Assembly: GCA_963827275.1 (NCBI GenBank) | Contig: CAWHAA010000010.1 | Coordinates: 192,001 to 256,000, forward strand | DNA from: an uncultured Spirochaetota bacterium | Lineage (GTDB): Bacteria; Spirochaetota; UBA4802; UBA5550 | Direction of reading: 5' to 3' | Length of the DNA stretch: 64,000 nt | In this document: positions 19,375-28,969 of the stretch, one piece after another | Position numbering within the stretch: the stretch's first letter is position 1 | Layout: each line of letters begins with the position of its first letter | Notes under the pieces: generated by a model | The model's input: only the letters and a program-made list of their open reading frames with translations | What the model was told of the DNA's origin: nothing | The model's database searches: none | Program-made: the position numbers and the translations under genes

Positions 19375-19583
19375 ACGGCCGCCTTCGCGTTCAGGTCCTG
19401 CATCATTTTCGTGATCATGCCGTCGTCCATGCCATGGGCGCGGGCGCCCTGCTCTATCGTCTCGGTGACGGCGATGTGGCAGCCTATGCAGTGCATGCCG
19501 TAGCCGGTCAGGATAGGAGCGGCCTTGGGAAACTGGCGGAGAAGCTCACCGAAGGTCATATCTTTATTTATTTTATCTGCCAT
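19371..19583 (-). CDS. DUF1858-domain protein (CxxC)
   Basis: INKDMTFGE..GMHCIGC..ETIEQGA.AHG. Confidence 0.88.
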   Translation of the reverse strand: MADKINKDMTFGELLRQFPKAAPILTGYGMHCIGCHIAVTETIEQGARAHGMDDGMITKMMQDLNAKAAV

Positions 19584-19884
19584 GTCATTATCCTCGTGTT
19601 AAATTTGATAATTTAAACGTAATAATGTTACCTTTTTACACTGTCCACCTTTTTTTTGAATAAACGTGGCATTTTATCGGCCAAAGTGAAAACATTATGT
19701 CGAAAATAATAGTATAAGCCAGAGGGTATCCCCTGGCTATAAAATATAAATCTATTTATAGCATATCTTTTTATTTACAAATTATATTAATTGTAATATA
19801 CTAATTACTGAATTCAAATGTTTTGATGTAACAATCCTTCCCTCTCTCCTCCCGAGAAGGAAGGGAAGAAGCTGAAAATAAAGC

Positions 19885-21558
19885 ATGAACATAATACTGA
19901 TCATAATCCTCCTCGTCATAGTCCTCATACTGATCTGGGCGCTCATGGGCGGCAAGGCAGAGGCCCCGGACAGGAGCGCCGCCGGGGCCACGGAGGAAAA
20001 CAAAACATTCAGACGCAGGGCCTCCGACAAGGAGATCGAAAAAGAGTTTCCCGACGAGGCTCCCCAGCCGGCGAGAAGAAAAACCGACCTCCCGCCGAAA
20101 GAAGAGGTTGATGAGGAGCCTGACAGGCCCTTCAAGCTCCCCTACCTGGCAGACGAGATCATACCCGACTGGTCCCGGTTCAGGATCTACCGGAGGACGG
20201 TCCTCAATTCCGAGGTCTATGCCGGCAAGGGCGATTATACCACCGCCATCTCGCTGTACGAGGGGGTCCGGTCGCGGATCCAGGACATCGACACCAGGTT
20301 CAAGATTGACGCGAACATAGAGTACCTGAAGCAGTATAAGAAGAAAAAGGAAGAGGACGCCAGGCGCAAGGAGGAGCAGGCGAAGCGCGGCGTCACCGAC
20401 GACGGCTCCCTGGGCGGCAGCAACGAGATCAAGATCAAGGTCGGCGGCGTCCCGTCAAACGGGATCCGGATCGACTCGCTGCCGGAAACGATCAACATTG
20501 GCCTGGTCGACACGGCGAAGATGATGGACACCGACTCCATCGTGCAGAACATTACCAGGAACATCAAGGGCGAATTGAGCGACGTCAGGGAGGAGATGAA
20601 CAGGCTGAAGGAGGCCGCCGCTGGCGGCGCCGCTCCCGGACAGGACAGGCTTGCGGAAGCGCTTACCGGCCTCAGCGAACGGATCGACCGGCTCGATTCG
20701 TCCCAGTCCGCCGGCGCCTCCGGGGACAGCGTCGCTGATATGGCCGCCAGGGAGGCTGCCAGGAAGCAGGCGGGTGAGCTTTCCGATCTGAAAAAGGAAT
20801 ACCGGAACCTCAGCAACACCATCCGTGAAATGGCAGAGGCGCGCATTCCCGAGGCCGATTCCGAGCCCGCGCTTGCGGCGGCAAAATTCGACCTGCAGAA
20901 AGCTTCGGCTGAAAACCGCGCGCTGAAAGACATGCTGGCGAAAATCCCCGGCCGCCAGGCCCCGGGGCCGTCCGCTATCAGGGAGCCCGGCCCGGCGGGA
21001 CCAGGACAGGGCGTCGGGACCGCCGAAGAGGACGAGGACATCGAGCTCCTGAGCGAATATGACAAGGACAGGTCCGCTGACGAGCTGAGCGACGATGAAA
21101 TTTTTGAAAAGATACTTCGCGACGACCGCAAGACAAGGGAGCGGGACGATTTCGAGATCATCGGCGAGAAGAAGGAGCGCCGGGGCGAGGACGTCACCAC
21201 GACGGAAGAGATGGACCAGAAACACCGCGAGGACGAGTCGTTCTACCGCCGGCTCCTCTCCACGACAAAGCGCAAGCAGAAGGAGCTGCCGATCCTCAAG
21301 GTGAGCTACGACTTCTCCAAGCTCCCTGACGAAATCGGCCTCTCGCGGGAAAAGAACATCATAGAGTACGCGTTCTACAAGTACAAGCCGATGCTCGAGA
21401 AGGCGAACGAGTACATCAAGAAACGGAAGGTCAGGGACGCGATCAACTACTACAAGGTCGTCATGTCCCAGAACATTCCCCCCGAATTCAAGGCCATGAT
21501 ACGGAAAAACCTGAACGACCTGACCGAATACCTGGAGCGGTACCTGACAGGGGAATGA
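19885..21558 (+). CDS. Membrane-anchored coiled-coil hypothetical protein
   Basis: N-terminal TM helix, charged/coiled-coil middle, helical C-terminal domain; strong codon bias. Confidence 0.75.
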   Translation: MNIILIIILLVIVLILIWALMGGKAEAPDRSAAGATEENKTFRRRASDKEIEKEFPDEAPQPARRKTDLPPKEEVDEEPDRPFKLPYLADEIIPDWSRFRIYRRTVLNSEVYAGKGDYTTAISLYEGVRSRIQDIDTRFKIDANIEYLKQYKKKKEEDARRKEEQAKRGVTDDGSLGGSNEIKIKVGGVPSNGIRIDSLPETINIGLVDTAKMMDTDSIVQNITRNIKGELSDVREEMNRLKEAAAGGAAPGQDRLAEALTGLSERIDRLDSSQSAGASGDSVADMAAREAARKQAGELSDLKKEYRNLSNTIREMAEARIPEADSEPALAAAKFDLQKASAENRALKDMLAKIPGRQAPGPSAIREPGPAGPGQGVGTAEEDEDIELLSEYDKDRSADELSDDEIFEKILRDDRKTRERDDFEIIGEKKERRGEDVTTTEEMDQKHREDESFYRRLLSTTKRKQKELPILKVSYDFSKLPDEIGLSREKNIIEYAFYKYKPMLEKANEYIKKRKVRDAINYYKVVMSQNIPPEFKAMIRKNLNDLTEYLERYLTGE

Positions 21559-21564
21559 AGGTTC

Positions 21565-22464
21565 TTACTTCCCGTCCCATCCCGCAATACGGGCCCAGAG
21601 CCACCATGACGCGTACGCGATACGATTGCAGGTGATCGGCTGGTCGGCGTGGGCGCAGTCGCCGGTACTGAAATAGTGCTCTCCCTGCCGCCGGGAAGTC
21701 ATCCAGTTTTTGTAAAAATTCACACCGCCGCTTATGCCGTTATCATTGGCATCAGGATAATACTTTCCATCCACAGCATGCGTCTCTATGGACCAGTAAT
21801 CCAGGCAGAAGCGCTTCTTTGCCCTGCAGTGGTCCGTGACGGTCCTGTGGCAATGATACGAAGTATCCCATGAAAGGCTTTCACCGTCCCCGTTCGGATG
21901 ACCGGTCATGAACACGAAGGTTACGCGCGGGTATTCGGCGATAAGCTTTTCCATGCGGGCGATATACAGCTTGTGGTCGTGGCCGGCGGGATCGCACCAG
22001 GAGCCCATGGCGACATTGATGTCAGGGTGGGATTTCAGATAATCCCGCACGTTCCCGTACCAGGAATCCTCGCCGGCGCTGAGATCATAGCCGGCCTCCT
22101 CGATGTACAGTTTCCCGGCCTGAGGGATGCCGCCCGACGTGAATGCGTATTTCTCCGCGTCCCCCTTCTTGTAGCCCAGGAGCCCGGTCATACCCGAAAT
22201 CACCCTGCTCCCGTGCGATGTATGGAAATAATATATCTTCAGCTTCTTTTTCGCCTGTTCTATCGCACTCTGCGGAATAGCCCGCAGTACCCCCTCGCCC
22301 GCCGTCCGGAAATCAGCGATTGTCGGGACTTCTGATGAGACTGCCTTTTTCCCCTGCCGGACAACCTGAGCGGCGTCGGAATTGATCGCGCCAGCCTGGA
22401 CAACAACAAGGCACAGACACGCGATGCCGGCCGCAAGTATACTGGAGATACTCTTCTTTTTCAT
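21565..22464 (-). CDS. Exported SGNH-like hydrolase/acyltransferase
   Basis: Signal peptide; YYFHTSHGS, DCAH, C-terminal WWLWARIAGWDG. Confidence 0.55.
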   Translation of the reverse strand: MKKKSISSILAAGIACLCLVVVQAGAINSDAAQVVRQGKKAVSSEVPTIADFRTAGEGVLRAIPQSAIEQAKKKLKIYYFHTSHGSRVISGMTGLLGYKKGDAEKYAFTSGGIPQAGKLYIEEAGYDLSAGEDSWYGNVRDYLKSHPDINVAMGSWCDPAGHDHKLYIARMEKLIAEYPRVTFVFMTGHPNGDGESLSWDTSYHCHRTVTDHCRAKKRFCLDYWSIETHAVDGKYYPDANDNGISGGVNFYKNWMTSRRQGEHYFSTGDCAHADQPITCNRIAYASWWLWARIAGWDGK

Positions 22465-22508
22465 GGGGCGCCTCTTTAAATGGAATTATATATTTGAATG
22501 AATTTTCT

Positions 22509-22943
22509 TTAATCAGTTTTCAGTTTTTTTGCTTTTTTATCAGTATCGATCAACTCGATATTCAGCCCCTGTTTCGCGTATATGAAGGATATATTTTCAT
22601 TATCAAAAGCCTCCCCGGGCTGGGGCGGCGCAAGGACACGAAGGCCCAGGCGCTTCATGTTTTCAATCTCAACACTCATATTATCGCATTTGAAGCATAT
22701 ATGGTGCAGTCCTCCGCCCTTTTGCGCAAATTCATATATGGGTGATTTCTCATCGGATGGCTCTATGAGTTTAACCGTCATCGAGCCTGCTTTTTGCATG
22801 AACACTACGTTCACCTTCTGCCTGGTATTCAATACAACTTCGGTCATCTGGTTGTACCCGAACACCCGCTCCCAGTGCTCAATGCCGCCTTGAATTGATT
22901 TAACCGCTATGCCGATATGATCGATCACCATTGGTGTCCCCAT
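22509..22943 (-). CDS. VOC-family protein (methylmalonyl-CoA epimerase-like)
   Basis: IDHIGIAV, GGGLHHICF, NIELI. Confidence 0.88.
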   Translation of the reverse strand: MGTPMVIDHIGIAVKSIQGGIEHWERVFGYNQMTEVVLNTRQKVNVVFMQKAGSMTVKLIEPSDEKSPIYEFAQKGGGLHHICFKCDNMSVEIENMKRLGLRVLAPPQPGEAFDNENISFIYAKQGLNIELIDTDKKAKKLKTD

Positions 22944-23191
22944 TCCTCTGTATCATATTTCAGCGCTGACGGATGAATATCAGGCACTTCGTCATCCGCC
23001 ATGACGCAGCATCCCTTGTTTGCGAGATTTTATGATTAATATATTTTTGTGTATACAACATGACGATATAACAGGCCTGTCAAGATAAAACCGGGGATGC
23101 CGGAAGATCGATGCTGACATGGCCAGATGAGGCATGGAAATCCCGGGAGCATAAATCTTCTTATGTGTTTTAAAAAAATTCATCAATTAAT

Positions 23192-23230
23192 TTGACGATT
23201 CAAAAATTATTCTATAGATTCATAAGGTTT
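23192..23230 (+). promoter_or_regulatory. Sigma70-like promoter, copy 1
   Basis: TTGACG-N17-TAGATT-CATAAGGTTT. Confidence 0.6.
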
Positions 23231-23397
23231 ATCTGAATTTTTATATTATTCAGATTAAGATCTTTTTCTCATGCGATTCTCTGAATAGTTGCATGAATGT
23301 ACGGTGGATGGAGGAGGAAATCATGGTATTCACCAAAAATAAATAATGAAGTAAATAGTTATAAAAAAATATATATGGCCGCATGGAGGGTTTGATC

Positions 23398-24261
23398 ATG
23401 AAAAAAGTCTTGTTAGTATCAATATTATTCTTATCCGGTTTTTTTTCCGGATGCTTTGATCCCGATAAAAATTCAGCAAAATTGGTAACACTCGCGGGCC
23501 AGTTGGCCACAACCGCAACTGCCCCCGGCACTGATCCGTACACACCTCCCGCACCGCCTCCATTGGAAAACGGGCTTCAGATATATGACGAGTTTAATTT
23601 CTCATGGAACGAGTCATATTCCCCTGACGGCTTATGGTGCAGGTCTTCCTGGGTGGCAACAGGAAACAACCTGTTCACATTTGCCAATGCCCAGATGCTC
23701 TCATCCTACTCCGGCGCGACGGGAGGCGTGCTTCAATTATCCGTAACCGCGAACCAGCTGGAGGGAGGAGAGATACAGAGCGTCGGGGATAACGGCAGCA
23801 GCTTCGGATATGGATATTACGAAGTGCGCATGAAGCTTACGAATGTCTCCGGTTGCTGCGTTTCCTTCTTCTGGATACAATCGCCCGGATATGGTCCGGG
23901 TGAGATTGACATCGAATTCCTTACCAACGAAAATGACGAATGGGGCGGCACCAGCGGCACTGTCTGGTACAGCCTGCACCCGTACGGGGGATCCGATAAG
24001 CACTACCTGCCGTTCGATCCCTCTGCTGATTTCCACAGGTATGGATTTCTGTGGACCCCCACGCATATAACCTTTACCGTTGACGGTGCTGCGGTACGCA
24101 CCTACACCGACGGCATCCCCGATCCCGCACCAGGATACATCATGGCAAATGCCTGGACCGGGAACCCGAACTGGGGCGGCGGCCCTCCGGCGCAGAGGGC
24201 AACAAGCACGTATGACTGGATAAAGTTCTATCCGGATGTAACGGTAATTCCGCCCGAGTAG
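23398..24261 (+). CDS. GH16 glycoside hydrolase lipoprotein
   Basis: Lipobox FSGC; YGYYEVRMK, catalytic EIDIE, FHRYGFLWTP. Confidence 0.9.
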   Translation: MKKVLLVSILFLSGFFSGCFDPDKNSAKLVTLAGQLATTATAPGTDPYTPPAPPPLENGLQIYDEFNFSWNESYSPDGLWCRSSWVATGNNLFTFANAQMLSSYSGATGGVLQLSVTANQLEGGEIQSVGDNGSSFGYGYYEVRMKLTNVSGCCVSFFWIQSPGYGPGEIDIEFLTNENDEWGGTSGTVWYSLHPYGGSDKHYLPFDPSADFHRYGFLWTPTHITFTVDGAAVRTYTDGIPDPAPGYIMANAWTGNPNWGGGPPAQRATSTYDWIKFYPDVTVIPPE

Positions 24262-24313
24262 ATTGGAAAGGATTAATGTTACATAATTTTTTTTTGAAAA
24301 GTTGACCTTTTTG

Positions 24314-24352
24314 TTGACGATCAAAAATTTTTATATTAACATTATAAGGTTT
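24314..24352 (+). promoter_or_regulatory. Sigma70-like promoter, copy 2
   Basis: TTGACG-N17-TAACAT-TATAAGGTTT. Confidence 0.65.
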
Positions 24353-24485
24353 AAGCAAAAGTGAATGGGTGCTGTTACATCAAACAAAAAATGCCCTGTT
24401 CTTTTTTCTGATAACCAAATATATAAAGCCATTACGCGTCACTCTTCACGATGCAGTATGGCAGAAAAGGATATGGGGTCTTACA

Positions 24486-26057
24486 ATGAAAAAGCATCTG
24501 CTTGTTGTACTGTTATTTTCATTTTTCTTACCTTCCTGCGGCGCAGTTGATTTCACCTATCAATCCGCTCAAAAAACGACATCGCTCCTGTTGTCGAGCT
24601 TAACAAGAAACACGTATGATCCGAGGATTCCGGGGAATCTGCAGACTACCGCAGTCACGTCGGACCAGATAACCCTTGGCTGGAACAGCGTGCAGGCTGC
24701 TGCGGGGTACAGGGTGTACCGGTCACTGAGCGTCAATGGGACCTATTCACAGATCGGCGGCGATATTACGGGCACAACCTTTACCAATACATCGCTGACG
24801 GCGGGCACAACCTATTGGTACAAAGTATCATCGTTTTCAACGGCAGACGAAGGCCCTCAGAGCAATGCGGTAAGCGGGACCACCCTGACGGGGACCACGC
24901 CGGGGAGCGACGGGAGCTTTGTGATCGCGGTCTTTTTACAGGACCCGCTGCGCGTCTACAACGGGAAAATCAACGCCGTGAACTACAAGAATATCGGGAT
25001 CAACACATTCCTGGCCCTGTATGACTGGCCGAATGAAGCGGAGATGGGCGTGGGCTACAACCTGCAGGCCGCCCAGGCGCTGAAAAACAACGGGATGAAA
25101 GTGTACGCGGGAAACACCCAGGCCGCGGTTAACTGGAACAATGCGCACCCGGAGTTCGACGATACGTTTGTCGGCTACTTCCTCGGCGACGAGCCGGACA
25201 TGTTCAAGGAAAGCGGCGACCCGGTGCAGGCCGCGGCGTGCATGCCTGACGCCTGGAAAGCCGCGGGGGATGCGCTCCGGGCCGCCGATCCTTCCCGGGG
25301 CGTATGGGGCAATTTCGGCAAGGGCTTCGCACTCGATCCATGGGACGGCTATGCAGTCGACCCGGGGCCGACCCAGGCTGACGACTTTGCCAAGTACGTG
25401 GAACCGACCACGATCATTTCGAGCGACTATTACGGTATCACCGATCCCTGGGAAGTGCTCAATCAGCACGGCATCTGGACATACGGCCGTTCAATAGACA
25501 ACACCGAGAGATGGTCCGCAGGCCGTCCGGTCGTGGGTGTGCTCGAAGCTTCGGCGATCGATCCCGCTGGCAAGGTCCCGAACAACCTCTACGCCCATAT
25601 GCCCGCGGACCTGATCATGCCGACGGTATGGATGATGGTTGTCCACGGGGCTGACGGGCTTATCTACTTCTGTCACAACCTGCTGGATGGATTTATTGAA
25701 GACGGTTGCCTGTATGAGCCGGGGATGAAAGAAGCAATGCAGGCCGCGAATGCCTCGGTCCAGCAGTATGCCGCCGTGCTGGCGACCCCGGACCTGGCGG
25801 GGACCACCGCCACGACGAACGGAGCGGTGCCGGTCGCCACGCTTACGAAACGGCTCGACGGCACCACCTATATCTTCGCGATGGGAGACGGGAACATGGC
25901 CAACATCTACGGCCAGGCGGTCACCGCTACGATAACGGTATCCGGCGGCGGCACCCGCACAGTGGAAGTGGTCGGAGAGGACCGCGTCGTCTCCATGACT
26001 AACGGCCAGATAGTGGACTACTTTGATCCGTATCAGCTGCATATATATCGATACTGA
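24486..26057 (+). CDS. Lipoprotein: 1 FN3 + putative glycoside-hydrolase-like domain
   Basis: Lipobox LPSC; FN3 (PGNL..W..YRVYRS..YWYKVS); GDEPD, SSDYY, HGADGLIYF. Confidence 0.75.
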   Translation: MKKHLLVVLLFSFFLPSCGAVDFTYQSAQKTTSLLLSSLTRNTYDPRIPGNLQTTAVTSDQITLGWNSVQAAAGYRVYRSLSVNGTYSQIGGDITGTTFTNTSLTAGTTYWYKVSSFSTADEGPQSNAVSGTTLTGTTPGSDGSFVIAVFLQDPLRVYNGKINAVNYKNIGINTFLALYDWPNEAEMGVGYNLQAAQALKNNGMKVYAGNTQAAVNWNNAHPEFDDTFVGYFLGDEPDMFKESGDPVQAAACMPDAWKAAGDALRAADPSRGVWGNFGKGFALDPWDGYAVDPGPTQADDFAKYVEPTTIISSDYYGITDPWEVLNQHGIWTYGRSIDNTERWSAGRPVVGVLEASAIDPAGKVPNNLYAHMPADLIMPTVWMMVVHGADGLIYFCHNLLDGFIEDGCLYEPGMKEAMQAANASVQQYAAVLATPDLAGTTATTNGAVPVATLTKRLDGTTYIFAMGDGNMANIYGQAVTATITVSGGGTRTVEVVGEDRVVSMTNGQIVDYFDPYQLHIYRY

Positions 26058-26299
26058 TTGCTATGCCGGGCGGTCCGCCCTGCCGTAGCGGACATTTTCG
26101 AGATGCTCCGGCAGGAGTGAACTGCCGGAGCAATCGAATCAAATCGCATCCGAACTTCCGGATTACTCCGATCGTTCACTGCGGTTTGACCTTTCCTTCA
26201 TTTTTTTCCTCACCTCCCCATCATCACCACCAACTTTTCTTATCGCATAACTTGTGTTAGTTTATTTTATCAGAAAAAATTTTTTTTCATCACTTTTAG

Positions 26300-26338
26300 T
26301 TGCCGATTGAATATTTTTTTATTAGCATTATAAGGTTT
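26300..26338 (+). promoter_or_regulatory. Sigma70-like promoter, copy 3
   Basis: TTGCCG-N17-TAGCAT-TATAAGGTTT. Confidence 0.6.
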
Positions 26339-26495
26339 AAGTCAAAAGGTAACAGGCGCGATCAGTTTTCTCCATGCAAGCCTCACTACTTTTTCACCGC
26401 AACCAAATATAAAAAAAGCCGCGGCAACATAGAAGGCAAAGGCATCAGCGCTTTCTTTTATGTTCAACCGGCAAAAAGGATATGGGGTATTTACA

Positions 26496-28931
26496 ATGAA
26501 AAGACGTTTGTTTTCTCTACTTCTTCTTTTTTCAACAGCGGCCCTGCAATCGTGCGGCGCCGTTGACTTCACAAAGAATCCGGGACAGCAGGTCATGGCC
26601 CTTCTCGGCCTCACTGCCGCAGCCAGCACAAACGCTCCGGCGGCTCCCTATAATTTGCAGGCAACGCCTATCTCGGCAAACCAGGTTGACCTTGTCTGGG
26701 ACAGCAGGTCCAGCAACGAAAAGGGATATAAGATCGAGCGAAGCGCGGGCAGTGTGGAAAACTACACGGAAATTTCCGATATTTCAATATCTGCCAGCAG
26801 ATCATACCGGGACTCTTCCGGATTAAATCCCGGCCACAGGTATCGTTACCGGGTCCGCGCCTATAATGATGCGGGAAATTCGGATTATTCGATACCCGTT
26901 GACACGACTATCCCACCTTCGGAGACTCCGGTTCCGGCCACACCGAGTGTTCTGCAGGGAGAAGCGTCATCCGCCAGCACGATCAGCCTCACCTGGCTCG
27001 ACAATGCGGATAATGAAAATGGCTTCACCATTGAGCGCAAGGCAACCGGCGATCCGGCGTTCACGCAAATCGCAACCGGTCTTGCGGCGGGAACAACAAC
27101 GTACAGCTGTTCCGGCCTGAATTCAAGGACGGTGTATTATTTTCGCGTCATGGCTTTCAACGGCAGCGGGAATTCCGGTTATTCGAACGAGCTTTCAATC
27201 AGCATCTCACCGGTAGTGCCATCTGGCCTGACTTCTTCTGCGACCTCGAGTTCGGAGGTCACCCTCGCATGGACCGACAATTCAAATAATGAAAGCGGGT
27301 TCCGTGTTGAGCGTCGAACGGCCAGCGTAACAACCTACACGGTGATCGCCAGCGATCTGCCTGCCGGGTCCTCGTCGTACGGCGATTCCGGCCTGCTTTC
27401 GAACACGCTGTATTACTATCGCGTGAGGGCGCACAATTCTTTCGGGACATCCGTATATTCCAATGTAACCTCAACGACAACTGATTACGCCGTCCCTGAA
27501 ACTCCCGCGAGTCTGTCTGCGACTGCGATATCCAGCAGCCAGATATACCTGTCATGGGGTGTTGTTTCCGGGGCAGAAGGATACAGAGTATACCGCGCGT
27601 CAAGCGCCGGCGGCAGCTATTCACAGGTGGGCGGCGACATGACGGGTATAACCTTTACCAATGGTTCACTCTCCCCTGACACGACCTACTGGTACAGGGT
27701 TTCCGCATATAATTCAGCAGGCGAGAGCGTTCAAAGCGGCGCGGTGTCCGCGGCGACCGAAACAGGATCGCTGCCGGCGACTGGAGACTCTTTCGTGATC
27801 GCGGTCTTTTTACAGGACCCGCTGCGCGAGTACAACGGGAAAATCAATGCCGTGAATTACAAGAATATCGGGATCAACACCTTCCTGGCCCTGTATCAAT
27901 GGCCCAGTGAAGCCGAGATGGGCAATGGGTATAACCTCCTGGCCGCCCAGGCGCTGAAAGACAACGGGATGAAAGTGTACGCGGGCAATGACCAGGCGGC
28001 CATCAACTGGAACAACGCGCACCCGGAGTTCGCAGACACGTTTGTCGGCTACTTCCTCGGCGACGAGCCGGACATGTTCAAGGAAAGCGGCGATCCGGTG
28101 CAGGCCGCGGCGTGCATGCCTGACGCCTGGAAAGCCGCGGGGGATGCGCTCCGGGCCGCCGATCCTTCCCGGGGCGTGTGGGGCAATTTCGGCAAAGGGT
28201 TCGCACTCGATCCGTGGAACGGCTATGCTGTTGACCCGGGTTCAACCCAGGCAGCCGACTTCGCCAAGTACGTGGAGCCGACCACGATCATTTCGAGCGA
28301 CTATTACGGCATCACCGATCCCTGGGAAGTGCTCAATGAACACGGTATCTGGACATACGGCCGGACTATCGATAATACCGAGAAATATTCAGGCGGCCGT
28401 CCGGTCGTGGGCGTGCTCGAGGCTTCGGCGATCGATGCCGCAGGCAAGGTCCCGAACAACCTCTATGCCCATATGCCCGCCGACCTGATCATGCCGACGG
28501 TATGGATAATGGTTGTCCACGGGGCGGACGGTCTTATCTACTTCTGTCACAACCTGCTGGATGGCTTTGTTGAAGACGGCTGTCTGTATGAGCCGGGGAT
28601 GAAAGAAGCGATGCAGGCGGCGAATGCCTCGGTCCAGCAGTATGCCGCCGTGCTGGCGACCCCGGACCTGGCGGGTACCTCCGCCACGACGAACGGAGCG
28701 GTCCCGGTCGCCACGCTTACGAAACGGCTCGACGGCGCCACCTATATCTTCGCGATGGGAGACGGGAACACGGCCAACATCTACGGCCAGGCAGTCACCG
28801 CCACGATAACGGTAACCGGCGGCGGCACCCGCACCGTGGAAGTGGTCGGAGAGGACCGCGTTGTTTCCATGACTAACGGCCAGATAGTGGACCACTTTGA
28901 TGCGTATCAGCGGCACATATATCGATACTGA
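26496..28931 (+). CDS. Lipoprotein: 4 FN3 + putative glycoside-hydrolase-like domain (paralogue of 24486)
   Basis: Lipobox LQSC; four FN3 repeats; C-terminal domain near-identical to the upstream gene. Confidence 0.75.
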   Translation: MKRRLFSLLLLFSTAALQSCGAVDFTKNPGQQVMALLGLTAAASTNAPAAPYNLQATPISANQVDLVWDSRSSNEKGYKIERSAGSVENYTEISDISISASRSYRDSSGLNPGHRYRYRVRAYNDAGNSDYSIPVDTTIPPSETPVPATPSVLQGEASSASTISLTWLDNADNENGFTIERKATGDPAFTQIATGLAAGTTTYSCSGLNSRTVYYFRVMAFNGSGNSGYSNELSISISPVVPSGLTSSATSSSEVTLAWTDNSNNESGFRVERRTASVTTYTVIASDLPAGSSSYGDSGLLSNTLYYYRVRAHNSFGTSVYSNVTSTTTDYAVPETPASLSATAISSSQIYLSWGVVSGAEGYRVYRASSAGGSYSQVGGDMTGITFTNGSLSPDTTYWYRVSAYNSAGESVQSGAVSAATETGSLPATGDSFVIAVFLQDPLREYNGKINAVNYKNIGINTFLALYQWPSEAEMGNGYNLLAAQALKDNGMKVYAGNDQAAINWNNAHPEFADTFVGYFLGDEPDMFKESGDPVQAAACMPDAWKAAGDALRAADPSRGVWGNFGKGFALDPWNGYAVDPGSTQAADFAKYVEPTTIISSDYYGITDPWEVLNEHGIWTYGRTIDNTEKYSGGRPVVGVLEASAIDAAGKVPNNLYAHMPADLIMPTVWIMVVHGADGLIYFCHNLLDGFVEDGCLYEPGMKEAMQAANASVQQYAAVLATPDLAGTSATTNGAVPVATLTKRLDGATYIFAMGDGNTANIYGQAVTATITVTGGGTRTVEVVGEDRVVSMTNGQIVDHFDAYQRHIYRY

Positions 28932-28969
28932 TACCTGTGCCCGGTAACTGATTCAAATTGCATGTGAGC

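Noticed and set aside
19371..19583. DUF1858 protein as a second selenoprotein
   Set aside because: Both CxxC codons are TGC; no in-frame TGA
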